Shown here piece by piece: positions 20,342 to 28,115 of a stretch of 64,000 bases of DNA (the first letter of the stretch is position 1; each line of letters opens with the position of its first letter). Origin of the DNA: an uncultured Bacillota bacterium (lineage in GTDB: Bacteria > Bacillota_I > Bacilli_A > RF39 > UBA660); the NCBI GenBank assembly GCA_947644695.1, contig CANSAJ010000001.1:17348-81347 (forward strand). Direction: 5' to 3'. A program made the position numbers and the translations under genes. The notes under the pieces were generated by a model. The model was not told the origin of the DNA. It did no database searches and saw nothing but the letters and a program-made list of their open reading frames with translations.

Positions 20342-20469
20342 ATTTTCACCTGTCAGTAAAGATTATAGTTTATTTTTTTTGTGTAGTCAAACTTTATTGT
20401 AGTGGTGATTTACGAATTTCTTTATTTTTTTTAATCATTGTGTTATTATTATATGGTAGGAGGATAAGG

Positions 20470-20952
20470 ATGAATAATGATATGAAAACTCGTGCTTATA
20501 TAAGCTATGGGAAAAGTATTGATGATTTAAAAGTAGGTAGTTTTACAGATGTACCAAAAGATGCGTTTGTTGCAGTTATTACTTTAGAAACACCAGTTAG
20601 AAAAGAAGATGGAACTGTTGAAATGCAAAGAGTGTATCATAGAAAGTTCTGTGGTAATAGAGTTCCTGCAAGTGTATTTTTGGATACATATTCTAGTAAA
20701 ATTTCATATATGGAACTTCTCGATATTAAAAAACAGGTAGAAGAAGGTAATCATAATGATTTAGTTGTTAGTTCTGATATTGGATATTTATCAGCACATT
20801 TGAGTTTTGCATTTGTTGATGATAGAGATTCTGTTGTTTCGAACTACGATGAATTCGTGGGTTCTATAATAGATTTTAGTAATAGATTTTGCAAGACTAT
20901 TGATATGCAAGAACCAGACTTAGGTGATGAAGTATCTAGAAAAGTTGGCTAA
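20470..20952 (+). CDS. Hypothetical cytoplasmic protein (160 aa); lone plus-strand gene with strong SD
   Basis: AGGAGG lies 7 nt upstream of ATG at 20470. The supplied ORF begins 30 nt earlier. GC is slightly higher than in neighbours. No recognisable domain. Confidence 0.5.
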   Translation: MNNDMKTRAYISYGKSIDDLKVGSFTDVPKDAFVAVITLETPVRKEDGTVEMQRVYHRKFCGNRVPASVFLDTYSSKISYMELLDIKKQVEEGNHNDLVVSSDIGYLSAHLSFAFVDDRDSVVSNYDEFVGSIIDFSNRFCKTIDMQEPDLGDEVSRKVG

Positions 20953-20984
20953 TATTAAGTCGGCTTTTTTTGTGTACTAAAAAA

Positions 20985-21032
20985 TACTATGAATGAACTG
21001 AACTCCAAAAGTTGGACAGTTTATTCATAGTA
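20985..21032. terminator. Compound palindrome acting as a bidirectional terminator between convergent genes
   Basis: Outer 16-bp arms (TACTATGAATGAACTG / CAGTTTATTCATAGTA, 1 mismatch) enclose an inner 5-bp stem (TCCAA-AAG-TTGGA). Confidence 0.45.
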
Positions 21033-21060
21033 TCTAAATATTAGTTATGTTAACTGGTTA

Positions 21061-21636
21061 TTATTCTTTGGTCTTTGATATTAATTCTTTAAATGAATTA
21101 TAATAAGGGACTAATTCATTCTTTACTATTACTAGTGATATAGCATTATATTTTTCATCCATTTTATATTCTAATTGTTCTAATTCTTTGCTTAGATTAT
21201 TAAATCTACGACCTAGTATAGAACAATAGTCAAAAACGCCTTTGGGATGAAGAAATTTATAGCAATCAGCATTGTATACAATTTCTGATTCTATGCTATA
21301 AAATTTATCTATTCCATGATGTTCTTCAACACATTTTATTAGATTTAGTTTTTGTTCGTCGCTTAAAATGTTAGTGTCCTTTAAAAGATTCTTTGTTGCT
21401 TCAACAGCCATTAACTTATGCTGTTTGGGATTTCCATTATATGAAGCTTCAGGTAATTTTGAATCCATCATAGATATAGCGATTTTTACAATGTTTTCAT
21501 CAGCATTAAACTGTTTGGCTAATTTTATTCCTGCTTCTAATGATAAATCATAAAGAGATTCTATTTCACTATTATACTTTTTTATTTCTTCTCTATTAAA
21601 TTCATCAGCTTTTAAAACTATTTCTTGAATATCCAT
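21061..21636 (-). CDS. Hypothetical protein (191 aa), possibly a degenerate HD-like phosphohydrolase
   Basis: His-rich segments (KQHKLMAV, EEHHGIDKF, KFLHPKG). No firm motif. Lies in the ftsY position after smc. Confidence 0.35.
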   Translation of the reverse strand: MDIQEIVLKADEFNREEIKKYNSEIESLYDLSLEAGIKLAKQFNADENIVKIAISMMDSKLPEASYNGNPKQHKLMAVEATKNLLKDTNILSDEQKLNLIKCVEEHHGIDKFYSIESEIVYNADCYKFLHPKGVFDYCSILGRRFNNLSKELEQLEYKMDEKYNAISLVIVKNELVPYYNSFKELISKTKE

Positions 21637-21660
21637 TATTTTCTCCTTAAAAATCTTAAT

Positions 21661-24603
21661 TTATGCCTTTATGTCTTCTAATTTAACGCTTACTAGTTTA
21701 CTTACTCCGCTTTCTTGCATTGTGATTCCATATAATAAGTCTACATATTCCATAGTTTTCTTTTTGTGTGTAATCACTAATAATTGAGTTTTGCCTTTGT
21801 ATGAATTTATGTATTTACCAAATTTTTCTACATTTACTTCATCTAATGCACTTTCTACTTCATCTAGTATTACAAATGGAACATTTTTTAAATTCATGAT
21901 TGCAAATAATAAACTTATGGCAGTTAATGTTTTTTCTCCTCCGCTTAGTAAACTTAGTGAACCAGGTTTTTTACCTGCTGGATTTGCTATTATTTCGATT
22001 CCTGTCTCTAATATATTTGTTGGATCTGTTAATTCTAGATGAGCTTCTCCTCCTCCAAATAAATCTTTGAATACTTTGCCAAATTCTGTATTTACTTTTT
22101 TAAATGTTGTGGCAAATTTTTCGATCATTACATCATCCATATTTCTGATAATTTCTAATAAGTTTTCTTCGCTATTTTTTAAATCTTCTTTTTGATTAGT
22201 TAAGAATGTATAACGTTTGTTGATTCTTTCATATTCTTCAATGCTTGCAAGATTTACTTCTCCAAGATTCTTTATTTCTCTTTTTAAATTATTTATTATA
22301 CCTCTTGCCTCGTCTATTTCTATATTAAGCTCATATTCATTTCTAGCGCGTTCGAATGTCATGTTATATTCTTCATTTAGTCTGTTTAGAAGATTATCAA
22401 GAGTTATGTTTAATTTAGCTTCTTTTAATTCAAGGTTGTTTATTTTTTCCTTGTTTTCTCTAATTATTGAGTCATACTTTCTCTCAACGTTTTCTTTTTC
22501 TTCAATTAGTTCGATTAAATCTTTTCTTCTTTTTTCTAAAGATGTTATTTTTGTTTCTAGTTCTGTTTTTTCTTTTTCTTTTTCATAGTAGTCTTTTAAT
22601 AGATTATCTAGCTCACTTGTTTTTGAAGTGTTATCTGATGTAAGATCTTTTATTTCAGTTGTTATATTTTCTAAATTATTTTTAAGTTCTGTTATATTTT
22701 TTTGTGTGCTTTCTATTTCTTCTTTTATCTTTATTAAATCTAGATTTGTTTTGTATATGTTTTCTTTTAAAGTTTCGAAAGTTTCGGTGTTGGTTTTTAT
22801 CTCGTGTTCTTTAAGTTCTATTTCTTTTTCAAATGCTTTAATATTGTTTGTTAAATTATCTAGTTCTGTTTTTTCGTTTAGATTATTGTTTTTTATAAGA
22901 CTTCCACCTGTTAATGATCCTCCAACATGGATGATTTCTCCATCTAAAGTCACTATTCTGTATCTGGCACTTATTTTTTTACTTATTATTAATGCATTGT
23001 CTATGTTGTCTGTTACTATAATATTTCCTAATTGATTAGATATTATATTTTCATAGGTTTTATCATATTCTACTAAAGATGAAGCAATGTTTATGAATCC
23101 ATTCATTTTATTTATTGTGTTATAAGTTTCATTATCTATGTTTTTTCCTTTTATTTGATTTAATGGGAAGAATGTTACGCGTCCTTTTTTGTTTAATTTC
23201 AAATAATTTATAGCTTCTTTAGCATCATTATCAGTTTTAGTAACTATATAATTTACTGCTCCACCTAAAGCTGTGTCAATTGCTAGACTATATTCATCTT
23301 TACAGTTTATTAAAGCTTCTATTCTATTTATTATTCCTTTTAATGACGGATTATTTAGAATACTTTTAACTGCAAAAGGAACTTTTGTCATATTTTCTAT
23401 GTTGTACTCTAGTATCTCTTTTTTACTTGTTGTCTCGTATTTTTTTCTTGTAGTAATATTTATTTCATTAGTTAATGTATTTATTTTGTTACTTATAGTT
23501 TTGTATTCATTATTTAATGATGATAACTTACTGTTTGTTGATGATTCATCTTCGTTTAAAGCGTTTAATTTATTTTCTAAATTTATGATTTCGTTTTTAG
23601 CTTTTAATTCTTGTTCTTTTAAATTATTTATATTAGTTTGAATTGTATCATTTGTGTTATCATATTTACTTCTTTCTTTTAGTAGTTCTTTTTTTGAATT
23701 TAAGTTATTTAGTTCTTCTGTTTTATTTAGAATGTTTTTTTGAGTAGTAGATATTTCTATATCTAAATTTGTTCTTTCTACTTTTAATGATTCTATGTTA
23801 GCTTTTTCTTTAGAATTGTTTGTACTTTCTTCAATTAAGCGGTTATTTAATTCTTCTTTTTCTTTTTTTGTTAAATTGTATTCTTCATTTAATGAGGCGA
23901 TGTCTGTTGCTATTAAGCTTACTTCTATCTTTTCTAGTTTTTCTTTATGTGTTTTGTATATTTTGGCTTTTTCAGCTTGTTCTTTTAATGGAGAAACTTG
24001 TGTTTCAAGTTCATTTATTATCATGTTTACTCGTTCTACATTATCGTTTGTTTTGGCAAGACGTCTTAATGATTCTTCTTTTCTTCTTTTGTATTTTAAA
24101 ACTTCTGCTGCTTCTTCAAGAATTACTCTTCTGTCTTCTGGTCTTCCTCCTAAAATTTCACTAATTTTTCCTTGTGGGATAATACTTAATGATTCTTTTG
24201 AACTAAATGAGTCTATAAATAAGTCTGTTATATCTTTAAGTCTTACTTTTTCTTTATTAATGTAGTATTCATTTTCTCCAGTTTTATATACAACTCTTCT
24301 AATTTCTATTTCAGTGTAATCTAGTGGTAGGCTTTTATCAGTGTTATCTAAAACTAAGGCTACAGATGCACTTCTAGCTTTGTCTCTAGTTGCAGAACCA
24401 TTAAATATTACGTCTGCCATTCCAGCACTTCCACGTAGTGTTTTTACAGATTGTTCGCCCATTACCCATTTTAAAGCGTCTACAATATTACTTTTTCCAC
24501 TTCCGTTAGGACCGACTATTCCTGTGAAGTTTCTATTTAATTCTAGATTAACTTTGTCTGCAAAACTTTTAAATCCATTTATTTTTATTTCTTTTATGTA
24601 CAT
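21661..24603 (-). CDS. smc: Chromosome partition protein SMC
   Basis: N-terminal Walker A GPNGSGKSN. Long coiled coils with a hinge (region around GKNID...). C-terminal signature LSGGEKTLTAISLLFA and Walker B ILDEVESALD. 980 aa. Confidence 0.93.
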   Translation of the reverse strand: MYIKEIKINGFKSFADKVNLELNRNFTGIVGPNGSGKSNIVDALKWVMGEQSVKTLRGSAGMADVIFNGSATRDKARSASVALVLDNTDKSLPLDYTEIEIRRVVYKTGENEYYINKEKVRLKDITDLFIDSFSSKESLSIIPQGKISEILGGRPEDRRVILEEAAEVLKYKRRKEESLRRLAKTNDNVERVNMIINELETQVSPLKEQAEKAKIYKTHKEKLEKIEVSLIATDIASLNEEYNLTKKEKEELNNRLIEESTNNSKEKANIESLKVERTNLDIEISTTQKNILNKTEELNNLNSKKELLKERSKYDNTNDTIQTNINNLKEQELKAKNEIINLENKLNALNEDESSTNSKLSSLNNEYKTISNKINTLTNEINITTRKKYETTSKKEILEYNIENMTKVPFAVKSILNNPSLKGIINRIEALINCKDEYSLAIDTALGGAVNYIVTKTDNDAKEAINYLKLNKKGRVTFFPLNQIKGKNIDNETYNTINKMNGFINIASSLVEYDKTYENIISNQLGNIIVTDNIDNALIISKKISARYRIVTLDGEIIHVGGSLTGGSLIKNNNLNEKTELDNLTNNIKAFEKEIELKEHEIKTNTETFETLKENIYKTNLDLIKIKEEIESTQKNITELKNNLENITTEIKDLTSDNTSKTSELDNLLKDYYEKEKEKTELETKITSLEKRRKDLIELIEEKENVERKYDSIIRENKEKINNLELKEAKLNITLDNLLNRLNEEYNMTFERARNEYELNIEIDEARGIINNLKREIKNLGEVNLASIEEYERINKRYTFLTNQKEDLKNSEENLLEIIRNMDDVMIEKFATTFKKVNTEFGKVFKDLFGGGEAHLELTDPTNILETGIEIIANPAGKKPGSLSLLSGGEKTLTAISLLFAIMNLKNVPFVILDEVESALDEVNVEKFGKYINSYKGKTQLLVITHKKKTMEYVDLLYGITMQESGVSKLVSVKLEDIKA

Positions 24604-24612
24604 AATTTACTC

Positions 24613-25263
24613 CTATGCGTGTTTTTGTATAGCTTCTTTAGCAGCATGTTGTTCTGCTTCTTTTTTACTTTGTCCTCGCCCTTTTCCAAAAATCATTCCA
24701 TCTATTCTAACTTCGACTTCGAAGAACTTTTTGTGTGCAGGGCCTCCTTCTTTTACAACTTTATATTCGACACTTTTCTTTTCAGTTTGAACAAGCTCTT
24801 GTAAAGTACTTTTATAATCCATCAAAAAGTCTACATTACTTTCTATATAAGGGACTATTAAAGTGTTAAAGAAATCTCTTACAGAGTCTAAACCTTTTTC
24901 TAAATATATGGCACCTATAACTGCTTCAAATACATCTGCGATGACTGTTTTGTTTGCTTCCTTTATACCGTTACCTACTTTAATGTAATTTTTTAAATTT
25001 AATTCTTTAGAATATTCATAAAGTGCATTTTCACATACATATAGGCTTCTTTTTCTGCTCATTTCTCCTTCGTTGTACTTATTTGTCTTATAAATGTAAT
25101 CACTTGATATTAATTCTAATACAGCATCACCTAAGAATTCTAATCTTTCATATGATGGCATATTATGTTCATTTGCATATGAAGTATGTGTGAGTGCTAC
25201 TTCTAAAAGTGAACTGTTTGTCATGTCAATTCCAAATTTTTTTAATGTTTCCATACTTTTCAC
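24613..25263 (-). CDS. rnc: Ribonuclease III
   Basis: RNase III signature ERLEFLGDAVL and a C-terminal dsRBD. 216 aa. Sits upstream of smc as in Firmicutes. Confidence 0.93.
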   Translation of the reverse strand: MKSMETLKKFGIDMTNSSLLEVALTHTSYANEHNMPSYERLEFLGDAVLELISSDYIYKTNKYNEGEMSRKRSLYVCENALYEYSKELNLKNYIKVGNGIKEANKTVIADVFEAVIGAIYLEKGLDSVRDFFNTLIVPYIESNVDFLMDYKSTLQELVQTEKKSVEYKVVKEGGPAHKKFFEVEVRIDGMIFGKGRGQSKKEAEQHAAKEAIQKHA

Positions 25264-25351
25264 CTTATATAATTATAACAAAACTATTTAAAAATTGGTA
25301 TACTTATTTATTTTTGATTTTTTTTTTAGTATAATTAGTTATAGGTGAGAT

Positions 25352-25570
25352 ATGAAAAGACTATTTATAAGTTTTATAAGTATGTATCAAAGGATGCCAC
25401 TTCATTCACATTATAAGTGTAGATTTATTCCTACATGTAGTGAATATATGAAATTAAGTATTGATAGATTTGGTGTTTTTAAGGGTATATATCTCGGAAT
25501 AAAAAGAATAATAAGGTGTCATCCTGGAGGAAAATCTGGAATAGATATGGTGCCTATGAAGGAGAAATAA
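25352..25570 (+). CDS. yidD: Membrane protein insertion efficiency factor YidD
   Basis: YQRMPLHSHYKCRFIPTCSEY...RCHPGGKSGIDMVP matches the YidD family (CRFxPTCS...KCHP..GG.DPVP). Confidence 0.85.
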   Translation: MKRLFISFISMYQRMPLHSHYKCRFIPTCSEYMKLSIDRFGVFKGIYLGIKRIIRCHPGGKSGIDMVPMKEK

Positions 25571-26427
25571 TGAAAAAATTATTTATTTTATTTTTAAGTT
25601 TATTTTTGTTAACTGGTTGTATGGGAAGTAACGACGTTGCTGATGTTAAAACATATGCTACACTTTATCCAATTGAGTTTGCAGCTAAGTATATGTATTC
25701 AGAATTTAGTGATATATCAAATATATATCCAAGTGGTGCTGATATAAATACTTATGAGTTAACTGATAAACAAAAGGATTTATATGCTAATGGAGACGTA
25801 TTTATTTATGCAGGTGTTACAAATGAAGTTAATCTAGCGGTTAGATTTTTAAATACTAATTCTAATTTAAAAATTATAGATGCGACTAAAGGAGTTAATT
25901 ATAGTGTTGGCGTTGAAGAATTGTGGTTAGATCCATCTAATTATTTGATGATAGCTAGAAATATTAAAACTACTTTAAAGGATTATGAAACAAATATTTA
26001 TAATCAAGAGAAGATTGAAAAATTATATAATGAGCTTAAAATTAAGATAAGTGAATTAGATGTAGAGCTTACTATGATGGGTAAAAATGCTTCAAGACAT
26101 TCGATTTTAGTTACAGATGATGCTTTTAGTTATTTGACAAAATATAATATTAATGTTATTTCTTTAGATCCTGATAATTCTAATGTTACTAAGTCTTATA
26201 GTGATGCAAAAAAATTAATCCAATCTGAGGACATAAAATATGTTTATGTGATGAAAGGTCGTCAGATCTCTGAAGATTTAGAAGCCTTTATTGCTAATAA
26301 TAGTTTAGAAAAGTTAGAAATTGATACAATGTATACTTTAAGTGATGAACAAAGAAAAAATAATGTTGATTATTTACAAATCATGAATGATAATATAACA
26401 AAATTAAAAACAGAACTTTTTAGATAG
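25570..26427 (+). CDS. Metal (Zn/Mn)-binding lipoprotein of the ZnuA/TroA substrate-binding family; no cognate ABC permease or ATPase nearby
   Basis: Lipobox LLTGC after MKKLFILFLSLF. ZnuA-like pattern (PSGADINTYELTDKQKDLYANGDVFIYAGV). The likely start is Met at 25570 (RBS GGAG), overlapping the yidD stop. Confidence 0.6.
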   Translation: MKKLFILFLSLFLLTGCMGSNDVADVKTYATLYPIEFAAKYMYSEFSDISNIYPSGADINTYELTDKQKDLYANGDVFIYAGVTNEVNLAVRFLNTNSNLKIIDATKGVNYSVGVEELWLDPSNYLMIARNIKTTLKDYETNIYNQEKIEKLYNELKIKISELDVELTMMGKNASRHSILVTDDAFSYLTKYNINVISLDPDNSNVTKSYSDAKKLIQSEDIKYVYVMKGRQISEDLEAFIANNSLEKLEIDTMYTLSDEQRKNNVDYLQIMNDNITKLKTELFR

Positions 26428-26438
26428 GTTCTGTTTTT
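26406..26438. terminator. Bidirectional hairpin terminator spanning the 3' ends of two convergent genes
   Basis: Perfect 11-bp inverted repeat AAAAACAGAAC-11nt-GTTCTGTTTTT overlapping both stop codons. Confidence 0.45.
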
Positions 26439-27334
26439 TTACTTTGTATTTTATAGTAATAAGTAATTCCTGCTAATATTATTAAAATTGTTAAACCAGA
26501 TATGAATATTATAAATGAAGTATATTTAATTTTATTCACTATTTGTGTAATATAGTTATTTAAATTTATTTTATCATCAATACTATTTATTTCGATGAAA
26601 AGTTCATTGTTTGAAGATACTAAATTAAATAGTTCTTCTAAATTTTTATAATTATTTATTTCCACATTTAAACTTACTACTTCTAAATTATTTCTTTTAT
26701 ATTTATTTATTATATTTTCTGAAAAGTAAAATTCGTAATTTCTATTATTTCCACCTATAATAATTGATTTAACATTCGAGAAATCTTTATCATTTTCTGT
26801 TCCACCGTGTAATACATTCAAATTATCTATTCTTATACCTTTAATTGTCATGCTATATTTAGATTTGTTTTTTTCATTATTAATTCCAATTTCTAAATTA
26901 TTATTAATAATATTTTCATTTTCCAAAAACTTTTTAATAAATACTTTTAATTCATCTTTGTAATTATCAAAATTTGTATTCCCATTTTTTAACCACCTAA
27001 AATATTCGTTACCAAATTTTCCGTTAGTTATAATATTTACAAAATTTATATCTATTATTACTTCATTATTTTGTAATTCTGTTATGCTTTCGTTATTTTC
27101 TGTAAATATTTCATTTCCATTATTAAGAAATGTATTTAAATTTAAAAAATTATCATATACTTGATTGTTGTATATTATTTGACTTTTATAAATATTATTA
27201 TTAATAGAATTATTATCTTCTATTTCTAAAGACGAGAAAAAATCGTTTGTTACTAGCATTGTATATATTTCATTTAAATATTTCATTTTAAACTCTTTAT
27301 ATAAATCATTATAGTCTTTCTTGGCTTTTTTCAT
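26420..27334 (-). CDS. Asn/Ile/Lys-rich protein with C-terminal TM anchor; probable 3' part of a gene split by frameshift
   Basis: 304 aa of low-complexity N-rich sequence with a C-terminal TM (FIIFISGLTILIILAGITYYY). Its 5' end overlaps the upstream ORF by 26 nt in the +1 frame. Confidence 0.4.
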   Translation of the reverse strand: MKKAKKDYNDLYKEFKMKYLNEIYTMLVTNDFFSSLEIEDNNSINNNIYKSQIIYNNQVYDNFLNLNTFLNNGNEIFTENNESITELQNNEVIIDINFVNIITNGKFGNEYFRWLKNGNTNFDNYKDELKVFIKKFLENENIINNNLEIGINNEKNKSKYSMTIKGIRIDNLNVLHGGTENDKDFSNVKSIIIGGNNRNYEFYFSENIINKYKRNNLEVVSLNVEINNYKNLEELFNLVSSNNELFIEINSIDDKINLNNYITQIVNKIKYTSFIIFISGLTILIILAGITYYYKIQSKKTEPI

Positions 27335-27977
27335 GTGGAATTGATTTTAATATATCATATTTTTCTAAATTTTCATCAATTATTCCAGAAATTACTAAAT
27401 ATGTTTTGCCAATTTTAATTTTTTTGTTTGAGTTTACGATTTCTTCATAATTATTAGGTTTATAAAATTTTATATTTCCTATATCTTCTGTATATTCTTC
27501 TATTCCCTTTTCGATAATAGTATCTGCCAAGATTTTATGTATAATAACTTCATTTTTATTTTGTGGTATTTTCCCAATTATGTTTATTTTTTCAAATTCA
27601 CTTTCACTTAAAACTTGGAATTGAATTTCTGAATTAGATATTCCATCAAAAAATGCATTACCTAAGTTTTCACTTGCATATCCACTCATATTCAATCTAT
27701 AATAGAAATTATTTTCAAGAATTTTGATATTTTCTTTATAATTTAAAGAAGTATTTTCGAAGATTCTTTGTAAATCATTATTTAAAGATATAGAATCTTC
27801 ATCAGAGGCATTTCTAATTGTTATACTTTTATTTGTATTTCTAATATTAATATAGTTTTCATATAATAAAATCTTTTTCGCCAAGAATGAAAGAAAAAAA
27901 GTTAATATTGAAATTATAATTAACAAAATTGAAATGCTTATAATTATCTTTTTAATTTTATTTTTTGATTTAATCAT
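27309..27977 (-). CDS. Asn-rich protein with N-terminal signal-anchor; probable 5' part of the same frameshifted gene
   Basis: N-terminal TM (IIISISILLIIISILTFFL). It ends inside a T6/A6 tract (27326..27331). Removing one base there fuses it in frame with the downstream ORF. Confidence 0.4.
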   Translation of the reverse strand: MIKSKNKIKKIIISISILLIIISILTFFLSFLAKKILLYENYINIRNTNKSITIRNASDEDSISLNNDLQRIFENTSLNYKENIKILENNFYYRLNMSGYASENLGNAFFDGISNSEIQFQVLSESEFEKINIIGKIPQNKNEVIIHKILADTIIEKGIEEYTEDIGNIKFYKPNNYEEIVNSNKKIKIGKTYLVISGIIDENLEKYDILKSIPHEKSQERL

Positions 27978-28115
27978 TTTCCCTCACTATATGAATTAAC
28001 GAAATTTATTATAAATGAGGACTAAATATTTTAGAAATTTTAAAGATTGACTTTCCTTACATTTATTGATTTTATTATAATTAAATTAATACTTTTTTTC
28101 AATAGTTTTTTATTT

